A DNA stretch of 53,384 bases, taken from positions 1-53,384 of the IMG/VR virus record IMGVR_UViG_3300036713_000342; one strand, given 5' to 3'. Source of the DNA: a virus (lineage: Duplodnaviria; Caudoviricetes). A program made the translations under genes and the position numbers. The notes under the pieces were generated by a model, which was given only the letters and a program-made list of their open reading frames with translations, was not told the DNA's origin and did no database searches. Below, piece by piece: positions 18,226-26,013 of this stretch (position 1 is the stretch's first letter; each line of letters opens with the position of its first letter).

Positions 18226-19404
18226 GTGGCGATCATTATCCTCAATGAAAACAAAGGCTGTGGTTTCTATTACGACGGTGAAATATACGACGAAGAGATT
18301 CCTGCAACAAAGCATCGATCATGGGATTATCATCCTCTTCTACGGGATAGAGAAGTGGAATACGCTAAGCTGTACTCTCGGGGATTGTCTCTTCGGGAAG
18401 CAGCACCCCCGTCGTTAGTCGGCGAATACAAAGAACAAGTTCAACGCATGAAAGCGATTCAGAAATCTCTGAAAACAGCAAAGATATCGGTTACAGACAA
18501 TTGTTTGGTAGATTTGGTTCCAACCAGGTTCATGTTGGACTATTGCGGAGTACAAGAAAAAATCGTGAACCACGTTCTTGATACGACCCCGAAGCCGAAC
18601 GACTACGAGTTTCTGGTGGGTGTTTCCGAGATAATTGATGACATCTCGCATCGTAGCCTGAATTTGTCTCAGGCCATCCCAGAGTTCATCGATCCGAGAT
18701 TGTCTGCGCGCTGGAGGGAATTACAGAAGAAGAGCCCGTACATCAAATATAACCTGTTTGCGGCCAAAACTGGCAGGCTTGGGCTATATAAGAACGGGTT
18801 CCCTATCCTGAACCTGGACAAGAGGTTTCACTCTATCTTGCGCCCCAACAACGATTGGTTGGTAGAGATGGACTTCAACGCGATGGAGTATCGTGTGTTG
18901 CTACATCTCAGCGGTGCAACACAGCCTGATATCGATATTCACAGGTGGAATGGGGAGCGGATTTTCAAGGGTATCACAGACCGCGGAGAACTGAAGAAAG
19001 AGGCGTTTGCTTGGCTCTTTAATCCGAAAGCGGATAACAAATTGGCCGAAAGGTACTATGATAGAGAAGGTGTGGTGCTCAAGTATTGGGATGGTCACCG
19101 TGTTGAGAACGAGTTCGGCTTTGTTATTGAAAACGTAGACCAGCATCATGCCCTGAACTACATTATTCAGTCGACCGCTGCGAGCATCTTTTTGAGACAG
19201 CTGATTAGGGTATACGATAGGCTCAGGGGGATGAAGAGCTACATCGCATTTGGCGTCCACGACTCGATAGTGTTGGATATCGTAGATGAAGAAAAATACA
19301 TCATACCAGAACTGGTACGTATCTTTGAGGATACACCGTTTGGTAGATTTATGGCTGGCGTCAGTGCTGGTCACGACTATGGGAACATGAGGAAGATTGC
19401 GTGA
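18226..19404 (+). CDS. Minimal family-A DNA polymerase
   Basis: KTGRL, motif A EMDFNAMEYRVL, motif B RGELKKEAFAWLF, ALNYIIQSTAA, motif C VHDSIV; no recognisable exonuclease domains. Confidence 0.85.
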   Translation: MAIIILNENKGCGFYYDGEIYDEEIPATKHRSWDYHPLLRDREVEYAKLYSRGLSLREAAPPSLVGEYKEQVQRMKAIQKSLKTAKISVTDNCLVDLVPTRFMLDYCGVQEKIVNHVLDTTPKPNDYEFLVGVSEIIDDISHRSLNLSQAIPEFIDPRLSARWRELQKKSPYIKYNLFAAKTGRLGLYKNGFPILNLDKRFHSILRPNNDWLVEMDFNAMEYRVLLHLSGATQPDIDIHRWNGERIFKGITDRGELKKEAFAWLFNPKADNKLAERYYDREGVVLKYWDGHRVENEFGFVIENVDQHHALNYIIQSTAASIFLRQLIRVYDRLRGMKSYIAFGVHDSIVLDIVDEEKYIIPELVRIFEDTPFGRFMAGVSAGHDYGNMRKIA

Positions 19405-19535
19405 ATAATCACGATGAGGATTGGCTGCAACGAATTGGATTAAGTTTTTGGTTCAGTTTGGGTATGTGGTCGTGTGTTATAGGTGGATTAGTTTTTCTGG
19501 TTTTTCTCTTGGAATGGTTGAAAGGGTTAAAATGA
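19401..19535 (+). CDS. Small membrane protein, 44 aa (not in ORF track)
   Basis: MNNHDEDWLQRIGLSFWFSLGMWSCVIGGLVFLVFLLEWLKGLK; GTGA overlap with the polymerase stop and ATGA overlap with the tubulin start. Confidence 0.65.
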   Translation: MNNHDEDWLQRIGLSFWFSLGMWSCVIGGLVFLVFLLEWLKGLK

Positions 19536-20380
19536 ACATTATCGGATTAGGTTCGGCTGGTTGTAATATTGCGGACGGCTTTTCGAAGTACCCACAATAC
19601 ACGATCTATAAGATCGACGAGGGCATAAAGAAAGAAAAAGGCAAACACGTGTTTTCCATGCCGAAGCGGAACTCGCCAGAAGAATATGAAGAATCAGTCC
19701 CAGATATGTCCAGCTTTTTCAAAGGCATTAAGAAGGGCGATGAAGTGTTGTTCGTGGTCGGCGGGACGGGGAAAATTTCTGGTGCGTCGTTGAAGATCCT
19801 GTGGCACATTCGTCACGCCACCCTTGATATCCTGTACATACGACCAGATGTGTCCCTGGCTGGGCAAGTTGGATACTTACAGGACAGGACCGTGATGGGC
19901 GTGTTCCAGGAGTACGCCCGCTCAGGAGTATTTCGGTGTCTATATCTCACTTTCAACAAGGCAATGGAGTCTATCATCGGAAGTGACAATATCACCATGT
20001 TGAACCACTACGATAAATTGAATGAACTATTGGTCGCTACGATTCATTCAATCAACGTGTCCAAGAACACAAAGGCGATTCAGGGCGCCCGCCAAACACC
20101 ATATAAAACATCCAGGATCGCATCGTTTGGTATTGTCGACATGAGCGCTGGAAAAGAAAGATTCTTCTACCCTATTGAAAATGTTAGGGAAATTGAATAC
20201 TACTATGTTTTTGGGAAAAAGTCGTTAACAAACCTCTCAATCTTGAATAAAGTAAAGGACAGGATGAAGGAGCGGCAAGAGGTAGAGAATTGGAAAGTTT
20301 CGTATCTAGTACACACCTCAGAACAGGAATACGATGTCGGATATTGTGTTGCTTACTCTCGACTGCCTCAAACCGTATAA
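19532..20380 (+). CDS. Divergent tubulin/FtsZ-family protein
   Basis: IIGLGSAGCNIA (T1 loop), VVGGTGKISGA (degenerate T4 loop), YDKLNELL; start revised to ATG 19532. Confidence 0.75.
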   Translation: MNIIGLGSAGCNIADGFSKYPQYTIYKIDEGIKKEKGKHVFSMPKRNSPEEYEESVPDMSSFFKGIKKGDEVLFVVGGTGKISGASLKILWHIRHATLDILYIRPDVSLAGQVGYLQDRTVMGVFQEYARSGVFRCLYLTFNKAMESIIGSDNITMLNHYDKLNELLVATIHSINVSKNTKAIQGARQTPYKTSRIASFGIVDMSAGKERFFYPIENVREIEYYYVFGKKSLTNLSILNKVKDRMKERQEVENWKVSYLVHTSEQEYDVGYCVAYSRLPQTV

Positions 20381-20389
20381 GAGGTTAAA

Positions 20390-20581
20390 ATGCCACTGTA
20401 TGAATATTATTGTGATGAGTGTAAAACAACGCAAGAAGAACTAATGTCGTGGCCCGAAGCACAGTCTTGCGACGTGTATTGCGAGGAGTGTGGTCGGCGG
20501 TTGCGGCGGTTATATGGGAAAATAACGTTCCATTTTGTGAAGGATGGAAAGAAGATAAACTTCGAAGGAGAGGAAATTTGA
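20390..20581 (+). CDS. FmdB-like zinc-ribbon protein
   Basis: MPLYEYYCDEC...CEECG..LRR. Confidence 0.8.
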   Translation: MPLYEYYCDECKTTQEELMSWPEAQSCDVYCEECGRRLRRLYGKITFHFVKDGKKINFEGEEI

Positions 20582-20913
20582 TGTTTACTGTTTACGAAGG
20601 AAAGTTCAAAAAGACTGACGGAAACGAGCGAAACATGGAGTTCGTTCGGCTGAAGGATCTGCCAGTCCAGTTCCTTGCGCACAAGCTCAAGGGGAATTCG
20701 CGGAAGACACAGCGAACGCTGGGAGAGGGTATGGAACTGGTGTACGACGTACAGGCAGAGAACTTCCGTATCTTTAATTGGAAGACTGTTATCGGAGAGG
20801 TCAAAGAAAAAAAGGTCGAACGATTAACAGAAGACAAAGGTAAGGGTATAAAGAACCTAGACTCATTTAGCAATCCGCGCAAGGCGGAGGAAGGAAGCAA
20901 CGATGGGAATTAA
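20581..20913 (+). CDS. WYL-like/SH3 beta-barrel protein
   Basis: FKKTDGNERNM...VYDVQAENFRIF; start ATG 20581. Confidence 0.65.
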   Translation: MFTVYEGKFKKTDGNERNMEFVRLKDLPVQFLAHKLKGNSRKTQRTLGEGMELVYDVQAENFRIFNWKTVIGEVKEKKVERLTEDKGKGIKNLDSFSNPRKAEEGSNDGN

Positions 20914-21688
20914 TTTTGACAAACTGAAGAAGCGTCTAGAGGACACTAAGCGCGGAAGTAGCGGGGTGGTCCTCAAGATCAAGGATGGCATGCAACTGCG
21001 CATCCTCCCTGACCCCGAGGAAGATCCGTTCAGGGATCGTCATTTCCACTACGATGTCGTCGACTTCGGTGGATTGGTGTGCCCGAAGCGGAACTTCAAC
21101 GAGGAGTGCCCGATCTGTGAGTTCGCCAGTAAGCTGTGGCGCGAGGGCACTGATGAGTCGAAGAAGGTTGCGAAGAAGCTGTTCGCAACGCAGCGGTTCT
21201 ATTCCAGGGTCATTGTCCGCGGCGAAGAGGATGCGGGCGTCCGTCTGTGGGGTTATTCCGAGACCATCTATAAGAAGTTGATGGAGAAGGCCCTCGACGA
21301 GGACTACGGCGACTTCACCGATCTGGATAACGGTCGAGATATCAAGATCTCGAAGAAGCAGGATACTGGTAAGAAGTATCCGACCATCGATTTCGATCTG
21401 CGTCCCGTGGTGACTCCGTTCTCGGAGGAACTGAGCCCCGACAAGATCGCCGAACTAATCGACACTCAGCCTTCGCTGGATGACGTGTTCGATCGGAAGA
21501 CCACCGAGGAGGTTCAGGAGGCTCTGGACGCCTACATGGCGGACGATGACGAAGACGACGATGATTCGTCGGATGCCAGCGGTACCGAGAAGTACGGCAA
21601 GGACGACGACGAGAAGAAGCCTGACAAGAAGGCCGATGGTAAGGACATCGACAAGGCTTTCGACGACCTGATGAAGGACAAGGAGTAG
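20903..21688 (+). CDS. Single-stranded DNA-binding protein (T4 gp32-like)
   Basis: LRILP, HFHY, CPK...CPIC zinc site, DYGDFTDLDNGRD, acidic tail ending DIDKAFDDL. Confidence 0.85.
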   Translation: MGINFDKLKKRLEDTKRGSSGVVLKIKDGMQLRILPDPEEDPFRDRHFHYDVVDFGGLVCPKRNFNEECPICEFASKLWREGTDESKKVAKKLFATQRFYSRVIVRGEEDAGVRLWGYSETIYKKLMEKALDEDYGDFTDLDNGRDIKISKKQDTGKKYPTIDFDLRPVVTPFSEELSPDKIAELIDTQPSLDDVFDRKTTEEVQEALDAYMADDDEDDDDSSDASGTEKYGKDDDEKKPDKKADGKDIDKAFDDLMKDKE

Positions 21689-21694
21689 GACGAG

Positions 21695-21827
21695 GAGAGG
21701 GTGTTCATCTTGCGTTGACCACCTTCCTTCTAGAACACCCTCTCTGACAACAAGCGGGTGGATGATCGGTATCAGATATAAATGCATAGGGAAACCCTGG
21801 ACCGTTGGTCCCCGATCGTCCACCCGC
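21695..21827 (+). ncRNA. Candidate structured intergenic RNA between SSB and RecA
   Basis: 12-bp perfect stem 21695-706/21733-744; 16-bp stem with one G-U, 21754-769/21812-827, enclosing two small hairpins. Confidence 0.55.
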
Positions 21828-21844
21828 GATAACAAAGGAAAAAT

Positions 21845-22972
21845 ATGACAAAACCAGGAAAGATTGATGTCGGTAAGCTTCGGAACATCGTGAATAAGAG
21901 TGCTGGTACAACTGTAGCATTCAATCTCACAAAGGACGATAGTCCAACCGCAATCCACGAGTGGATTCCGACTGGTTCTAGATGGCTCGACAGCATCATT
22001 TGTAAGGGAATCCTTGCGGGTATTCCAGTTGGACGAATCACTGAGATTGCTGGTGTTGAGTCGAGTGGAAAGAGCTACATGGCCGCTCAGATCATCGCCA
22101 ATGCTCAGAGAATGGGCAAGACCGCCGTTCTGTTTGATTCAGAGACGGCGACCGATGCATCGTTCCTGACCAAGCTTGGTGTTGATGTCGATAGCTTGAT
22201 ATGGGTTCAGGCTACCAGCGTTGAGTTTGTTCTTGAAACCATTGAAATGTTGATGAAGCAACAAAATGATATGGTATTTGTTTTGGACTCTCTCGGGAAC
22301 TGCCCATGTAAGGCTGATATTGAGGCGGGATTCAACCCGAACTCGAAGGTTGGCCTCAAGGCCCGCGTGATGTCACTTGGGCTGCAAAAGCTGAACACGC
22401 CCATCGCCAATACAAACTCAACCCTAGTAATCACAGGACAGCTGAAGACGAACATCACAGATAACAAGTGGGATCGTCTGGCTGAGCCGTGGGTTGTCAG
22501 TGGTGGCAAGGCGACAGCGTACAACTACTCGCTGCGAATCTGGCTTACCAGACGCAAGGCAAAGTCCAGCTTTATCTTCGATGAAAAAGGATATAAGGTC
22601 GGGAACGAACTGAAGTGTACGCTGAAGAAGTCGAGGTTTGGCACCGAGGGGCGTTTCTGTAATTTCAATATCATTTGGGGAAGTGAAGAGATTGGTATTC
22701 AAGATGATCTTAGTTTGCTTGATGCCGTGAAGTCTTCGCCTTATTTGAAGATGGGTCAGTGGAATACGCTGATGTATGCTGACGGAACCACGGAGAAGTT
22801 CCAGCGCGCAGGGTGGCTGGAGAAGATGAAGAATGAGAAGTTCCGAGATCGGATCATGGACCTGATGGACGAGGAAGTGATCTTGAAGTTTGAGACAAAA
22901 GAAGGCGACGCCAGTAATTTCTACGACGATGATACCGAAGAAGAAGTAGAGGGTAGCGGTGAAGGGGAATAG
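21845..22972 (+). CDS. recA: RecA/UvsX-like recombinase
   Basis: WIPTGS..LD, GIPVGRITEIAGVESSGKS Walker A, FVLDS Walker B, GLKARVMS, SGGKA. Confidence 0.92.
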   Translation: MTKPGKIDVGKLRNIVNKSAGTTVAFNLTKDDSPTAIHEWIPTGSRWLDSIICKGILAGIPVGRITEIAGVESSGKSYMAAQIIANAQRMGKTAVLFDSETATDASFLTKLGVDVDSLIWVQATSVEFVLETIEMLMKQQNDMVFVLDSLGNCPCKADIEAGFNPNSKVGLKARVMSLGLQKLNTPIANTNSTLVITGQLKTNITDNKWDRLAEPWVVSGGKATAYNYSLRIWLTRRKAKSSFIFDEKGYKVGNELKCTLKKSRFGTEGRFCNFNIIWGSEEIGIQDDLSLLDAVKSSPYLKMGQWNTLMYADGTTEKFQRAGWLEKMKNEKFRDRIMDLMDEEVILKFETKEGDASNFYDDDTEEEVEGSGEGE

Positions 22973-23225
22973 AGAAGTCGGCTCCATTGTGGTGTACGAC
23001 TATTATTGGGCAAAAGCATACGCTAAGAATGTATACGAGGATATTGTTAGTATGAAACTTCCAATTGCAATTGTGACAAAATATAGTGAAGAATTCGGAA
23101 CTTATGAAATTTTTTACTTGAATCGCGATTGGGGTTATGGTACAGTTACCCCGAAACAAATAGCTACAATTGTGGAGGGTTATAAAAATGAGCCGTGCAG
23201 TGAAGATGTCCAAGCGCCATGGTAA
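22959..23225 (+). CDS. Small SH3-like hypothetical protein
   Basis: EVGSIVV...IAIVTK...YEIFY; overlaps both neighbours. Confidence 0.5.
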   Translation: MKGNREVGSIVVYDYYWAKAYAKNVYEDIVSMKLPIAIVTKYSEEFGTYEIFYLNRDWGYGTVTPKQIATIVEGYKNEPCSEDVQAPW

Positions 23226-23601
23226 GCTAGTTCGGTTGGCGGCTGAAGTCGCCAAGACTTCTGACTACAGCACCCATCGACATGGGGCTGTCTTGATCAG
23301 AAGGGCCAGTATCATCAACATTTCAGCAAATGATGCTGGTTATTGTCAGTTTGGCGATAGGTTTATGACAGATATGAGCCGCGGGGCGCACGCCCGCCGT
23401 CACGCTGAGTTGTCTGTTGTTCTTGGTATCCCGAGGGCGATGACGGAAGGGGCCACGGTTTATGTGGTCCGCGTTGACAGGGAGGGTGGTCTACGAATGT
23501 CAAAGCCGTGTCCGATGTGTGAGGCTGCGATGTCGTTTGTTGGAATCAAGTATGTGTATTACAGCACGAATAACGGTGAAATACGGAAAATGAAACTATA
23601 A
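23188..23601 (+). CDS. Zn-dependent cytidine/dCMP deaminase-family protein
   Basis: HGAVL, HAE, SKPCPMC; SD ggagg before ATG 23188. Confidence 0.85.
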   Translation: MSRAVKMSKRHGKLVRLAAEVAKTSDYSTHRHGAVLIRRASIINISANDAGYCQFGDRFMTDMSRGAHARRHAELSVVLGIPRAMTEGATVYVVRVDREGGLRMSKPCPMCEAAMSFVGIKYVYYSTNNGEIRKMKL

Positions 23602-23602
23602 C

Positions 23603-24592
23603 ATGAAAAGGTTAGTAATTGTAGATGCTCTAAATGCCTTGTTTCTAAGGAATTTTGTAGTCAATCCGAGCTTAGACCTGAACGGTACGCCAATCGGTGG
23701 AATCGTTGGGTCGCTGAAGTCTCTTCAGAAGATCATCAGGTTGAGCAATCCAGACATGGTCGTGATTGCTTGGGATGGCGAAGGCGGCAGTGCCCGTAAA
23801 AAGGAGGCTGTGAAGTCCTACAAGGACGGTAGGAAGCCGTTGCGCCTCAACCACGATATTCAGTTCGAATCAGAGGATGACGAGCTTGAAAACAAGATCT
23901 GGCAGCAGATCAGGTTGTTTGAAATTTTGAACCTGATGCCAATAATCCAACTGATGTACGAACGTGTTGAGGCCGATGACGTGATCGGTCATCTGGTCCA
24001 ATCAGAGAAGTTCTCGGACTGGCAGAAGGTGATCGTATCTAGCGACAAAGACTTCTTCCAGCTGGCCGATGACACGACCGTGATCTATCGCCCGATTCAG
24101 GACAAAGTGTATAACCAGAATATGATCTTGGAAGAACACGGTATCCATCCGTGTAACTTTGCGGTGGCCAGGTCCATTGCTGGCGACAAGTCCGACAACC
24201 TTCCAGGAATCAAGGGAATGGGGTTGCCCACTGTGGCGAAGAGGTTCCCATATTTGGCCGAAAAGAAGACATATTTACTGGATCATGTGATATCTGACTG
24301 TAAGGAACAGGTAGAACAGAATCCGAAGAAAGTTTTGGCAACAATCCGCAGAATTTCGGAACAAGCCGCCCTGCTGCGCACTAATTATAGCGTTATGCAG
24401 TTGTACCATCCGAATATTTCAATACAGACTCAACAGCACATTGATTCGACCATCGATCAGTTCGTTCCATTCTGGAGCAAGACTGAATTCATTCGTAAGG
24501 CGATGGAGTTGGGCTTTGTCTCTTATAGTTGGAATAGCCTTTACACTGCATTTAGCAAAATTGTGGCTAACAGGCGCGACGGTTTGAGCTAA
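23603..24592 (+). CDS. 5'-3' exonuclease / T4 RNase H-like flap nuclease
   Basis: IVDALN, AWDG, YKDGR, EADDVIG, SSDKDFFQL, GDKSDNLPGIKGMG. Confidence 0.92.
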   Translation: MKRLVIVDALNALFLRNFVVNPSLDLNGTPIGGIVGSLKSLQKIIRLSNPDMVVIAWDGEGGSARKKEAVKSYKDGRKPLRLNHDIQFESEDDELENKIWQQIRLFEILNLMPIIQLMYERVEADDVIGHLVQSEKFSDWQKVIVSSDKDFFQLADDTTVIYRPIQDKVYNQNMILEEHGIHPCNFAVARSIAGDKSDNLPGIKGMGLPTVAKRFPYLAEKKTYLLDHVISDCKEQVEQNPKKVLATIRRISEQAALLRTNYSVMQLYHPNISIQTQQHIDSTIDQFVPFWSKTEFIRKAMELGFVSYSWNSLYTAFSKIVANRRDGLS

Positions 24593-24621
24593 CGTATAAA
24601 CAACATATAGGAGAATAACGA

Positions 24622-26013
24622 GTGTCCCAAACAGAGGAGCCTACGGGTTTCCATACCTATGGAAGACCCTTTCAAGAAAAGCTTGTAAGTCTGATCTTAT
24701 TTGATCGGCAGTTTGCTGATCAAATTGGTGAGGTACTGGAATATGATTTCTTAGAGTCGGCGCACCTGCGAATGTTTGCGAAGAAGGTATATGAATACCG
24801 CGATAAGTACAATACTCACCCGACGAAAGAGGTGATGGGTAGTATTATCAACACTGAGTTCGCCGAGGAAAAAGAGATCATTATAGAAAGACTAAAGAAG
24901 TTCTATGTGAAGCGGATCTCCGAAGATCAGGACATCAAGGACGCTGTATATATTAAAGAAGTCGCACTTGATTTCTGTAAGCGGCAGAACATCAAGAAGG
25001 CAATGCTTCAGGCGGTACAACTAGTTCAAAGCTCTTCGTATGATCAGATCGAGGGAGTGATTCGAGAGGCGTTGAAGCTTGGTTCCGATACCGACCTGGG
25101 ATATGACTATCTGCTTGACTTTGAACAGCGGTATCTGATTAAGACGCGCAACCCTGTATCGACTGGATGGAAGTTTATTGATAACATTACTCAGGGCGGG
25201 TTTGGTGCTGGAGAGATGGCGATGTTTATCGGTGCGTCTGGTGCTGGCAAGTCGTTCCTGGCTACCCAGCTTGGTGCCGCTGGTCTTCTTGATAACAGGA
25301 ACGTTGTACACTTTTCTTTGGAGTTGAGCGAGGAAGCTGTTGGTAAGCGTTATGATTCATGTATCACGGGCATTCCGCTGAACGATCTATATAAACAAAA
25401 GGATGACGTTTACACCAGGATTCAGGACTTGGACAGTCGACTGTTCATCAAATATTACCCGCCTCGTATGGCTTCTGTCCAGACGTTGCGAAATCACCTT
25501 GATAAACTACAGCGACGCGATGTTGAGGTCGGTACGATTATTGTTGACTATGGTGATTTGTTGAGGATGGATATGAGCGGAAAACGACGATATGATTTGG
25601 AGCTAGGTCTAGTTACAGAGCAACTACGAGCCCTCGCTGGAGAATTCAAGTGCCCACTGTACAACTTTTCACAGTCTCAGCGTGCAGGGTGGAACGCTAG
25701 CGAACTCACTATGGATCATATTGCTGAAAGTTTTTCGAAGACACACAGCTGTGATTTCGTGGCAACAATGTCCAGGACGATGGAAGATAGGCGCAACAAC
25801 ACTGGTAAGATGTATGTGTGTAAGTCGAGATTCGGACCAGATGGACAGATATTCCCACTGCATATTGATACTAGCATTGCCAGAATTGATGTGTTGGAAG
25901 CGCTAGAAGAGACTCCAGAAGAGGTGACTCGCCAAGAGCAAGAGGTTGCTCTGAAGTCGGCAAAGAAACTCTACAAGGAACAAAAGAAACAACAGCAAGG
26001 AAAAGGCGAATGA
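24622..26013 (+). CDS. Replicative SF4 helicase (DnaB/gp41-like)
   Basis: STGW..ID, GASGAGKS Walker A, SLELSE, IVDYGDLL, SQSQR, KSRFG. Confidence 0.92.
   Translation: MSQTEEPTGFHTYGRPFQEKLVSLILFDRQFADQIGEVLEYDFLESAHLRMFAKKVYEYRDKYNTHPTKEVMGSIINTEFAEEKEIIIERLKKFYVKRISEDQDIKDAVYIKEVALDFCKRQNIKKAMLQAVQLVQSSSYDQIEGVIREALKLGSDTDLGYDYLLDFEQRYLIKTRNPVSTGWKFIDNITQGGFGAGEMAMFIGASGAGKSFLATQLGAAGLLDNRNVVHFSLELSEEAVGKRYDSCITGIPLNDLYKQKDDVYTRIQDLDSRLFIKYYPPRMASVQTLRNHLDKLQRRDVEVGTIIVDYGDLLRMDMSGKRRYDLELGLVTEQLRALAGEFKCPLYNFSQSQRAGWNASELTMDHIAESFSKTHSCDFVATMSRTMEDRRNNTGKMYVCKSRFGPDGQIFPLHIDTSIARIDVLEALEETPEEVTRQEQEVALKSAKKLYKEQKKQQQGKGE

Noticed and set aside
19532-20380. Nucleus-forming (chimallin/PhuZ) phage
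   Set aside because: No chimallin or multisubunit RNAP recognised in the window, and host-type sigma70 promoters are present; a tubulin alone is insufficient.
21744-21800. Hammerhead ribozyme (ctgacaa...gaaa)
   Set aside because: The core should be CUGANGA and the stem arrangement does not fit.
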